Assembly: GCF_013004595.1 (NCBI RefSeq)
Contig: NZ_JABEMC010000001.1
Span: 186,001-250,000 of the forward strand
Direction of reading: 5' to 3'
DNA from: Brevibacterium luteolum
GTDB lineage: Bacteria > Actinomycetota > Actinomycetes > Actinomycetales > Brevibacteriaceae
DNA: 64,000 nt
Below, one piece after another: positions 11,799 to 20,482 of this stretch; the first letter of the stretch is position 1; each line of letters starts with the position of its first letter. The notes below the pieces were generated by a model. The model was not told the DNA's origin, did not search any database, and saw only the letters and a program-made list of their open reading frames with translations. The position numbers and the translations under genes are program-made.

Positions 11799-12172
11799 TG
11801 AGCCGGTCAGCCACAACCCTGCTCCGCTCTGATGCCGGGTCGACGAGTGTTGCGGCGATGATGATCACAGCGGCAGCCTTCGCACTCGTGGCAGGACTCG
11901 GGCTGGGCGGCAAAGCCTTCCTCATCCACGCCCAGACCGCTGGAACCGCTGACCTGGCAGCACTCGCCGCCGCTGATGCCGCCCGCGGCATCGCACCGGG
12001 TGATCCATGCGAGGTCGCTGCTGCCACAGCGGCGAAAGCCGACCTCAAGGTCACCGAGTGCATCGCCCGCTCCGATCTCGGTGCGGCGACCGTCACCGTG
12101 AGCGCACCCCTGCCGGCCCCGTTACCGGCCATCAAAGTCAAGGCCGTCGCCGGCAGCTCCGGAGGTCCGTGA
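11798..12172 (+). CDS. TadE-like pseudopilin (Rv3654c-like)
   Basis: DAGSTSV, ADLAALAAADA, Cys pair in PCEVA..VTEC; TGATG overlap. Confidence 0.8.
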   Translation: MSRSATTLLRSDAGSTSVAAMMITAAAFALVAGLGLGGKAFLIHAQTAGTADLAALAAADAARGIAPGDPCEVAAATAAKADLKVTECIARSDLGAATVTVSAPLPAPLPAIKVKAVAGSSGGP

Positions 12173-12190
12173 GAGCGCTCCGTGAGAACG

Positions 12191-14641
12191 CTAGATCCCG
12201 CGCAGCAGGGCAGTGAGGATCCGCGCGGCAGCGTCCTTGTCGAGCGGGTTGTTGCCGTTGCCGCACTTCGGCGACTGCACGCATGACGGGCAGCCGGTGA
12301 GGCACTCGCATGCTTCGATCGCCTCCAGTGTTGCGGTCTGCCATTCATCGAAGGCGCGGAAGCCGCGTTCGGCGAATCCGGCACCGCCGGGCTGTCCGTC
12401 GTAGACGAACACCGTCGTCTTCCCGGTATCAGCGTGGCGGTCGGTTGAGACACCGCCAATGTCCCACCGGTCGCAGCCGGCAAACAGCGGCAGCAGGCCG
12501 ATCGAGGCGTGTTCGGCGGCATGGACGGCACCGGGCAGATCCGGTGTCACGATCTCGGCATCCTCGACCAGCGACTCGGACACCGTCCACCACACAGCCG
12601 AGGTGCGCAGGGTCCGTTCGGGCAGGTCGAGGGCGTGCTCGGAAAGCACGACGCCGGTGCCGTTCTGCCGGATCTGATACCCGGTGACCTGGTCGAGGAC
12701 CTCGACCATGCCCAGGTGCACGTGCCCGCCTGAAGGCAGTGGGCGAGAGTCGGTGACCGATTCGATGCTGATCTCGGTGACGGACTTCGGCTGGGTCGTG
12801 TAGTCGACGGTGCGCGGTTCGACGAGAGCAACCCGCTCGTCAAGATCCAGGTCGGTGACGACGAACGTCTGACCCTGGTGGACATACACAGCCCCGGGGT
12901 GGGACTGGCGCAGCGCTCCGGCATCGTCGACGGTGCCGAGCACCGTGCCGGTGGCGGCGTCGACGAAGCGGACGATGCCGCCGCCTCCGCCGCGGATGTC
13001 GGTCAGCGCTGCCGCCGGTTCGCGCTTCGTCCAGTACCAGCCGGTCGGCCTGCGGCGCAGCAGGTTCGCCGCCGCCAGCTGCGCGACCGTCTTCTCCGCA
13101 GTCTCGCCGAAGAGTGCGAAGTCGTCCTCGGTCAGGGGTCGTTCGGCAGCAGCGGCACACAGGTGCCCGCCGAGCACGTACGGGTTCGACGGGTCGATGA
13201 CTCCGCCGTCGACCGGTGAGCCGAACACCGACTCCGGATGGTTGACGACATAGGTGTCGAGCGGGTCGTCGCGGGCGATGAGCACGGCCAGCCATTCCGA
13301 ACCGGCGCGCCCGGCGCGTCCGGCCTGCTGCCACAGCGAGGCCAGGGTGCCCGGCCAGCCGGCCATGACGACGAGATCGAGGCCGGCGATGTCGATGCCG
13401 AGCTCGAGGGCATTCGTCGAGGCCACCGCTCGCAGCCGGCCGTTGCGCAGCCCGGTCTCCAGTAGCCTGCGCTCCTCGGGAAGGTAGCCGCCGCGGTAGG
13501 CCGCGACTGCTCGGGTGAGCTCCGGGAACGACCGTGAGACCGCCGAGCGGGTCGCCTCGGCCAGGGCTTCGGTGCCGCGGCGGGAGGCGATGAAGGCGAT
13601 GGCGGAGAAGTCTGAGCACACCGCATCGGCGAGCAGATCAGCCGACTCGGCGATCGTCGACCGGCGCTGCGGACCATCGGTGAGCATCCCGAGCGGATCC
13701 CCGGCCTCAGCCCCGAGCCCGAGCGGATCATCCCCATCCGAGCCGACACCGATGCCGAGCGGATCATCGACGCCGAGGGCATCGAAGACATCGGCATCCG
13801 GATCCCCGGTGGCGTTCGGGATGAGCGGCGGCTCCCACAGCACGAAGTGACCGGCCGCCCGCGGCGACCCGTCCTCGGTGACGGCCGTGCATTCCCGGCC
13901 GGTGAGCCGGGTGAAGGCGGTGGCCGGGTCGGCCATCGTCGCTGACGCCCCGATCACCACAGGCGCCGCCCCATAGTGGGCGGCGACGCGCAGCAGCCGG
14001 CGCAGCACGAGCGCGACATGCGAGCCGAACACTCCGCGGTACCGGTGGGCCTCATCGACGATGATGAACCGCAGATTCCGCAGCCAGCGGGCGAACCGGG
14101 CATGCTGCGGCAGGACCGTGCGATGCAGCATGTCCGGATTCGTGTAGATGAGGTTGGCGTGGGCGCGGGCCCAGTCCTTCTGCGCCTGTGAGACATCCCC
14201 GTCATAGGCCGCCGGCCGCAGCCCGGCCAGCACAAGCTGGCTGACCTTCTCCATCTGATCGTGGGCCAGTGCCTTCGTCGGCGACAGATAGATTGCCGTC
14301 GCCTGCTGACGCGGCACCGCATCCTTCGTCGCAGCGAACGCCTCCAGCACCGGCAGCAGGAACCCGAGCGACTTGCCTGAAGCCGTCCCCGTCGAGATGA
14401 CCGTGTCCTCACCGGCATGGGCCGCCTCGGCAGCGGCCGCCTGATGCGTCCACGGACGCTCGACCCCGAGTGACTGCCAGGCCGCAACCACCTCGGCGGG
14501 CACCCAGTCCGGCCAATCGGCGAACTCCGCCTCCCGGGCTTGCAGGGTCTCGACATGGCGGATCCGGTCCTCACGCTGACCGAACCCGCTGACGAGATCG
14601 AGCAGCCGCCGACGAGGCGCCGCATCCTGCCGCTGAGCCAT
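12191..14641 (-). CDS. DEAH-box helicase with C-terminal DUF1998 Zn domain (SftH/MrfA/Rv3649-like)
   Basis: TGTASGKS, SPTKALAHDQ, DEAH, SAT, LELGIDI, QQAGRAGR, C-terminal CECLTGCPSC. Confidence 0.92.
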   Translation of the reverse strand: MAQRQDAAPRRRLLDLVSGFGQREDRIRHVETLQAREAEFADWPDWVPAEVVAAWQSLGVERPWTHQAAAAEAAHAGEDTVISTGTASGKSLGFLLPVLEAFAATKDAVPRQQATAIYLSPTKALAHDQMEKVSQLVLAGLRPAAYDGDVSQAQKDWARAHANLIYTNPDMLHRTVLPQHARFARWLRNLRFIIVDEAHRYRGVFGSHVALVLRRLLRVAAHYGAAPVVIGASATMADPATAFTRLTGRECTAVTEDGSPRAAGHFVLWEPPLIPNATGDPDADVFDALGVDDPLGIGVGSDGDDPLGLGAEAGDPLGMLTDGPQRRSTIAESADLLADAVCSDFSAIAFIASRRGTEALAEATRSAVSRSFPELTRAVAAYRGGYLPEERRLLETGLRNGRLRAVASTNALELGIDIAGLDLVVMAGWPGTLASLWQQAGRAGRAGSEWLAVLIARDDPLDTYVVNHPESVFGSPVDGGVIDPSNPYVLGGHLCAAAAERPLTEDDFALFGETAEKTVAQLAAANLLRRRPTGWYWTKREPAAALTDIRGGGGGIVRFVDAATGTVLGTVDDAGALRQSHPGAVYVHQGQTFVVTDLDLDERVALVEPRTVDYTTQPKSVTEISIESVTDSRPLPSGGHVHLGMVEVLDQVTGYQIRQNGTGVVLSEHALDLPERTLRTSAVWWTVSESLVEDAEIVTPDLPGAVHAAEHASIGLLPLFAGCDRWDIGGVSTDRHADTGKTTVFVYDGQPGGAGFAERGFRAFDEWQTATLEAIEACECLTGCPSCVQSPKCGNGNNPLDKDAAARILTALLRGI

Positions 14642-14706
14642 AGGCACCCATTGTCCCACCTGGCCAGGACACCACCGCACCCCACCGGTTTCGTACAGTG
14701 GGACAC

Positions 14707-16398
14707 GTGAACACCTCGCCCACCACCGCCTCGGTCCCGGTTCCGACCGCCGACGAGACCACCCTGCGCCCGCTCGCCGACCTGCTCAAGCGCTCCTTCC
14801 CGTTCAGCCCGGAAGCCGCGCCGCTGTGGGACACCCACGCGCAGGCGGCCATCGAGCGCTCGAACGCCGCGCCTGCGATTGTGCAGACCTGGGCCCGCGT
14901 GGCGGCCGGTGAGATCCCCGCGCCCGAGGCGGCGCTCGCTTTGCTCTTCGTCCTCGACCAGGCCGTGGACGCCGGTTCCGTCGCCGAGGCGTGCGGGCCT
15001 GAGCTGTTCGCCGCGCTGCGGGCAGACGGCTGGCTCATCGACGCCGGCGAGACAACCGGCAGCGACGGCGCAGGTGACGGAACCGAGGACCAGGTGCGTG
15101 CGGCGCTGACGATCGCAACCTTCGACGGGCTGCTCATCGCCGCCGACTGGGGCACCCTGACCCGCGACGAACCGCTGGCAGGCGACCACGTCCTCGGGCT
15201 CGGGGGAGCAGGCCGGACGCTGGCGGCGGTCACCCCGCGCATGCCCGTCGAGCTGGCCTGCGACATCGGCACCGGCTGCGGCATCCAGGCGCTGCTGCTC
15301 GCCGCCCACAGCGCCCGCGTCATCGCCACCGACATCTCCACCCGGGCGCTCGCCATCGCCGAGCTCAACGCCGGGCTCAACGGCATCGAGTCGATCGAAT
15401 TCCGGGCAGGCGACATGCTCACGCCGATCGACGAACCGGTCGACCTGCTCGTGGCCAACCCGCCGTTCGTCATCACCCCGCAGGGCGAGACCCAGACCTT
15501 CGAATACCGCGACGGCGGCCAGCCGGGTGATGCGATCATGGCCGGGCTCATCGCTGGGATCCCCGGACGGCTGCGCCCGGACGGCAATGCGGTGCTGCTG
15601 GGCAACTGGGAGTACCACGCCGCCGGCAAGCACAGCGCACCCGGCAAGCCGTCCGGCGGGCTCACCGCGCCCGAGGCGGTGGTGACCGAGGTGCCGGCAC
15701 CGATCCGCTGGTGCGAGGAGCTGAGCACGCCCGGCAGCCCGGCAGCAGAGACCTCGATGCTGCTCATCGAACGCGAGCACCTCGACCCGGTCGCCTACGC
15801 CGAAACGTGGATCCGTGACGGCGGGGTGGCCCGGATGAGCGGCCGGTGGCAGGCCGACACCACCGCCTGGCTCAACGACTTCGGCACCCGCGGGGTCGCA
15901 CGCATCGGATTCGGGTGGATCCGCATGCACCGGGCACCCACACCTTCGCAGCGGGCGCTGCACCATCTCCGGGAGACCGGGCCGCTCGCCGGTGACACCG
16001 CCACTCTGGCCGCTGTGCTCGACACCCGGCTGGCCGTCCTCGAATGGCTCGCCGGCACCGACGACGCGGGCCTGGAGCGCACTGCGTTCATCCGCGGCCA
16101 GGATCTCGTCGAGCACCGCCACCACACCCCCGGTGAGGACGAACCGCACACCATCACCTATGAGCAGGGCACCGGATTCGGGCGCACCATCACTGCCGAC
16201 ACCGCCCTGGCTGGGCTGCTGGGCGTCAGCGACGGCAGCCTGAGCCTCGGTGCGATCAGCGATGCGCTCGCCCAGCTGCTTGAGGCCGACCCGGCCGCCC
16301 TGCGCGCCCAGCTGACCGGGCAGGTCCGCCAGCTGCTGGCCGACGGATTCCTCTTCCCCGTCCTCGATTCCGGCGCTGGAGAGTTGAACACGCGCTGA
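14707..16398 (+). CDS. Class I SAM-dependent methyltransferase (HemK/MTS-like)
   Basis: CDIGTGCG SAM motif and ANPPF motif IV; GTG 14707 lies 7 nt after TACAGT. Confidence 0.85.
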   Translation: MNTSPTTASVPVPTADETTLRPLADLLKRSFPFSPEAAPLWDTHAQAAIERSNAAPAIVQTWARVAAGEIPAPEAALALLFVLDQAVDAGSVAEACGPELFAALRADGWLIDAGETTGSDGAGDGTEDQVRAALTIATFDGLLIAADWGTLTRDEPLAGDHVLGLGGAGRTLAAVTPRMPVELACDIGTGCGIQALLLAAHSARVIATDISTRALAIAELNAGLNGIESIEFRAGDMLTPIDEPVDLLVANPPFVITPQGETQTFEYRDGGQPGDAIMAGLIAGIPGRLRPDGNAVLLGNWEYHAAGKHSAPGKPSGGLTAPEAVVTEVPAPIRWCEELSTPGSPAAETSMLLIEREHLDPVAYAETWIRDGGVARMSGRWQADTTAWLNDFGTRGVARIGFGWIRMHRAPTPSQRALHHLRETGPLAGDTATLAAVLDTRLAVLEWLAGTDDAGLERTAFIRGQDLVEHRHHTPGEDEPHTITYEQGTGFGRTITADTALAGLLGVSDGSLSLGAISDALAQLLEADPAALRAQLTGQVRQLLADGFLFPVLDSGAGELNTR

Positions 16399-16522
16399 GG
16401 GTCGCCGTGAGCGGCGGATGCTAAGTTCTGTAAGGTGTAAGCCACCGTGCGGCCAGTCAGGATCGTCCGGCCGCTGCGGTGCCGCCCGTCGCTCCGCGCA
16501 CATTCCGTCGAAAGGGAACCTC

Positions 16523-19357
16523 GTGGCACAAACGGCTGCTCAGCCGCGCCGGCTCGTCATCGTCGAGTCTCCGACCAAAGCCCGCACCATCGTGGGCTAC
16601 CTCGGGGACGGCTACGACGTCGAAGCCTCGGTGGGCCATATCCGAGACCTGCCGCAGCCCTCGGAGCTGCCTGCGGATATGAAGAAGGGCCCCGTCGGCA
16701 AGTTCGCCGTCGATGTCGACTCCGACTTCGAGCCGTACTACCGGGTCGCCCCGGACAAGAAGAAGAAGGTCACCGAGCTCAAGCGCCTGCTCAAGGACGC
16801 CGACGAACTCTACCTGGCAACAGATGAGGACCGGGAGGGCGAGGCGATCGCCTGGCATCTCCTTGAAGTGCTCAAGCCCACGATCCCGGTCAAGCGGATG
16901 GTCTTCCACGAGATCACCCCCGAGGCGATCGCGCGTGCCCTGGAGAACACCCGCGAACTCGACTACTCACTGGTCGACGCGCAGGAGACCCGCCGGATCC
17001 TCGACCGCCTCTACGGCTACGAGGTCTCCCCGGTGCTGTGGCGCAAGGTCCGCGCTGGGCTCTCAGCCGGCCGTGTGCAGTCGGTGGCCACCCGCCTCGT
17101 CGTCGAACGCGAACGCGAGCGGATGGCCTTCGTGCCTGCCCACTACTGGGACCTCGACATCGACCTGGCTGTGCCCGGCTCGGGTGCCGAGTTCGCTGCC
17201 CGGCTGGCGACGTATCACGGCCAGCGGGTCGCCGGCGGCCGCGACTTCGACGACGCTGGACAGCTGAAGAGGAAAGCCGCCTCCGAGGTCGTCGTGCTGA
17301 CTGAGGACATGGCGACCGAACTCGCCGGCCAGCTCACCACCTCGGCGAAGGACAGCCTGAGCGTCACCGCGCTGGAGACCAAGCCGTACTCGCGCCGCCC
17401 GGCCGCGCCGTTCACCACTTCGACCCTGCAGCAGGAGGCTGGCCGCAAGCTGCGGATGACCGCCCGCCAGGCGATGCGCACCGCCCAGTCGCTGTACGAG
17501 AACGGCTACATCACGTACATGCGAACCGACTCCTCGGCGCTCTCAACCCAGGCGGTGACCGCGGCACGCAACCAGATCGCCGAACTCTACGGCCCCGAAT
17601 ACGTGCCCGAGTCGGCCCGGGTGTACGCGCAGAAGCAGAAGTCCGCGCAGGAGGCTCATGAGGCGATCCGGCCGGCCGGTGACTCCTTCCGCACCCCGGC
17701 CCAGGTCTCCGGGAAGCTGTCGGGTGATGAGTTCCGGCTCTACGACCTCATCTGGAAGCGCACCGTCGCCAGCCAGATGGCCGATGCCAAGGGCAAGACC
17801 GCGACCATGCGGATCACCGCTGACCTCGGTGAGGACAGGACGGCGGGCTTCACCGCCTCGGGCACGGTCATCACGTTCCGCGGCTTCCTCGCCGCCTACG
17901 AGGAGGGCCGTGACGCCGAACGCTACGCCGCCAAGGAGGGCGGCCGGCTGCCGGAGGTCACCGAAGGCCAGGCGATCTCCGTCGCCCGCGCCGAGGCCGA
18001 CGGCCACACGACCGCACCGCCGCCGCGCTACACCGAGGCCAGCCTCGTCAAGCAGCTTGAAGAGCTCGGCATCGGCCGGCCGTCGACGTACGCGGCGATC
18101 ATCTCAACGATCCAGGATCGCGGCTACGTCACCGAACGCGGCAGTGCGCTGGTGCCCAGCTGGCTGGCGTTCTCCGTCGTCCGGCTGCTCGAAGAGCACT
18201 TCGGAGGGCTTGTTGACTACCAGTTCACTGCAGCTCTCGAAGCCGACCTCGACGCGATCGCCGGAGGTGCGAAGGAGCGCAGCCAGTGGCTCAGCGAGTT
18301 CTACTTCGGCACCGGGGCTGACCACAACGGTCTCAAGCCGACAGTCGACGATTTAGGCGACATCGATGCGCGGGCGATCAACTCGATCGACATCGCCGAG
18401 GGCATCGTGCTCAGGGTCGGCCGGTACGGACCGTATCTGGAGGTCTCGCCGGAGGCGGCTGCAGGGGCTGGGGCGAAGGCTGCATCCGAGCAGGCCGGTG
18501 CGAAGGCTGCTGCCAAGGGTGAGGGGGAGTCTGGGGAGCCGGCGCCGATCCGCGTCTCCGTGCCCGATGACCTGGCCCCCGATGAGCTGACTGCTGAGAA
18601 GGCCCGTGAGCTCATCGCCGAACAGGGACAGGGCGACCGCGAGCTCGGCGTCGATCCGGAGACCGGCCACACGATCGTGGCGAAGTCCGGCCGGTTCGGC
18701 CCGTATGTCACCGAGATCCTGTCTGAACCGGAGGAGAAGCCAAAGCGCGGGGCCAAGAAGCCCAAACCGCGCACGGCCTCGCTGTTCAAGTCGATGGACC
18801 CGGCCACTGTTGACCTGGCAACGGCACTGAAGCTGCTGAGCCTGCCGCGCGAGGTGGGAGCCGACGCCGAGGGCGAGGTCATCACCGCGCAGAACGGCCG
18901 ATACGGTCCCTACCTGAAGAAGGGCAGCGATTCGCGTTCGCTGGAGACAGAGGAGCAGATCTTCTCCATCACCCTCGAGGAGGCGCTGGCGATCTACGCC
19001 CAGCCCAAGCAGCGCGGCCGTCGGGCTGCGGCCGCCCCGCTCAAGGAGTTCGGCGAGGACCCCGAGTCGAAGAAACCGGTCGTGCTCAAGGACGGCCGCT
19101 TCGGCCCCTACGTCACCGACGGGACGACGAATGCGACCCTGCGCAAGGACGATGCCGTCGACTCGATCACCGCCGAGCGGGCCTTCCAGCTGCTTGCGGA
19201 GAAGCGGGCGAAGGGACCGGCGAAGAAGCGCACGACCGCCAAGAAGACGCCGGCCAAGAAGACGACTGCGAAGAAGTCGACGACCGCGCGCACGACCGCT
19301 GCGAAGAAGACCACGGCTGCGAAGAAGACGTCTACTGCCACGCCGAAGACGCCGTGA
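16523..19357 (+). CDS. topA: DNA topoisomerase I
   Basis: TOPRIM IVESPTKA..ATDEDREGE, SAGRVQS, catalytic GYITYMRTDS, GRF/YGPY C-terminal repeats, Lys-rich tail. Confidence 0.97.
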   Translation: MAQTAAQPRRLVIVESPTKARTIVGYLGDGYDVEASVGHIRDLPQPSELPADMKKGPVGKFAVDVDSDFEPYYRVAPDKKKKVTELKRLLKDADELYLATDEDREGEAIAWHLLEVLKPTIPVKRMVFHEITPEAIARALENTRELDYSLVDAQETRRILDRLYGYEVSPVLWRKVRAGLSAGRVQSVATRLVVERERERMAFVPAHYWDLDIDLAVPGSGAEFAARLATYHGQRVAGGRDFDDAGQLKRKAASEVVVLTEDMATELAGQLTTSAKDSLSVTALETKPYSRRPAAPFTTSTLQQEAGRKLRMTARQAMRTAQSLYENGYITYMRTDSSALSTQAVTAARNQIAELYGPEYVPESARVYAQKQKSAQEAHEAIRPAGDSFRTPAQVSGKLSGDEFRLYDLIWKRTVASQMADAKGKTATMRITADLGEDRTAGFTASGTVITFRGFLAAYEEGRDAERYAAKEGGRLPEVTEGQAISVARAEADGHTTAPPPRYTEASLVKQLEELGIGRPSTYAAIISTIQDRGYVTERGSALVPSWLAFSVVRLLEEHFGGLVDYQFTAALEADLDAIAGGAKERSQWLSEFYFGTGADHNGLKPTVDDLGDIDARAINSIDIAEGIVLRVGRYGPYLEVSPEAAAGAGAKAASEQAGAKAAAKGEGESGEPAPIRVSVPDDLAPDELTAEKARELIAEQGQGDRELGVDPETGHTIVAKSGRFGPYVTEILSEPEEKPKRGAKKPKPRTASLFKSMDPATVDLATALKLLSLPREVGADAEGEVITAQNGRYGPYLKKGSDSRSLETEEQIFSITLEEALAIYAQPKQRGRRAAAAPLKEFGEDPESKKPVVLKDGRFGPYVTDGTTNATLRKDDAVDSITAERAFQLLAEKRAKGPAKKRTTAKKTPAKKTTAKKSTTARTTAAKKTTAAKKTSTATPKTP

Positions 19358-19371
19358 TCTGAGCGAGCGCA

Positions 19372-19404
19372 GAGCCCCGTCAGCCGCACCGGCTGGCGGG
19401 GCTC
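19372..19404. terminator. Hairpin between convergent topA and ligase genes
   Basis: gagccccgtcagcc-gcacc-ggctggcggggctc, 14-bp stem with one G-U pair. Confidence 0.7.
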
Positions 19405-19455
19405 AGCCGTTGCCGCGGCGCTTCAGCGGTGTCGCTGCTGCGGCGCTTCAGCTGC

Positions 19456-20328
19456 TTACAGCTCGTGTTTGCCCCGGTACTCAGCAGCTGCGGCCAGCGT
19501 CGTGACATCGATCTGTCCGGCCACTACCTCGTAGGCGGTGCCATAGGCGGCGTCGAAGGCTTCGGCGACCGCCTCGACCGTCACCTCGGGATGCACCTCG
19601 CTGATCGACCCGCCGGTCGCCGGATCCCACTCGATACCAAGGGCCGCCTCGACATCGGTGAGCACCGCTCGGATCGGATCCGGGTCGGTCACGACGATCG
19701 ATGACGAGAACAGCCAGCCGGCTGCCGTCACCCGCTGTGCCGTGCCGATCGCCTTGATCCTCCCTGCGACATTGACGCTGTGCTCACCAGGGCAGTACTC
19801 ACCCGGGACCTCGCCGAGGCGCGCGTCGATGCCGAGCGAGCGCAGCACCTGGGCGTACATCGCCCCGAAGTCCGTGAACCGGCCCTGCGTGCCTGACAGC
19901 AGCGTCGAGGCCGGTTCGATGTGATCGATGACGAGGCTGCCGCGGTGATACGGGGCCACGCGCCCGCCCAAGGAGCGCAGCACCGGCGTGAACCCGTGGG
20001 CGCGCGCGGCTTCGACCGCAGCGGGAAACCCGGGCAGGAACCGGTCGCGGGCACCGAAGGCAACGGTCGGCTCCGGTCGGTAGATCCGCAGCACACCCGG
20101 CCGCTGCCCGGCCCGCACCTCATCGAGCAGCACGCGGGCCAGGGAGAGCGCATCGACCGGGTCATCGGTCCCGCGCCCGAGGCGGTGCAGCCGGATGCGG
20201 GCAGGCGCAGGCTGGCCATCGGTCAGGGGAGAGGCTCCGGTTGACTCAGCAGCCGGGGCAGAGGCATCAGCCGGCTGGGCGGAATCAGCGGCCCGGGCGG
20301 CTGCGTCACGGGAGTCGGTGTCGGTCAC
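19456..20328 (-). CDS. Lipoate-protein ligase family protein (BPL/LplA/LipB fold)
   Basis: RSLGGRVAPYHRG, GEYCPGEHSVN, KAIGTAQR. Confidence 0.82.
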   Translation of the reverse strand: MTDTDSRDAAARAADSAQPADASAPAAESTGASPLTDGQPAPARIRLHRLGRGTDDPVDALSLARVLLDEVRAGQRPGVLRIYRPEPTVAFGARDRFLPGFPAAVEAARAHGFTPVLRSLGGRVAPYHRGSLVIDHIEPASTLLSGTQGRFTDFGAMYAQVLRSLGIDARLGEVPGEYCPGEHSVNVAGRIKAIGTAQRVTAAGWLFSSSIVVTDPDPIRAVLTDVEAALGIEWDPATGGSISEVHPEVTVEAVAEAFDAAYGTAYEVVAGQIDVTTLAAAAEYRGKHEL

Positions 20329-20482
20329 CTAGACAGGATAACCGCGGCCGCGCCCGCCCCGGCCCGCCGCTGCATCCGGCCCCGCCGCCTCGTCCGGCGC
20401 CTGCCGCCTCGTCCAGCAAGCGGACAGGTGGGCCTCGTAGGCTGACATCGTCGATGTCCGAGCCGATGAGTATCGTGGAGAT

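Noticed and set aside
13954..16503. 849-aa minus-strand ORF, and similar long shadow ORFs (5862..7088, 20798..22096, 35364..36587, 48406..50067, 58836..60119)
   Set aside because: Antisense or off-frame to well-supported genes, no motifs; expected in high-GC DNA where stop codons are scarce.
19210..19357. Lys/Thr/Ala-rich repeats at the TopA C-terminus
   Set aside because: Known feature of actinobacterial TopA, not novel.
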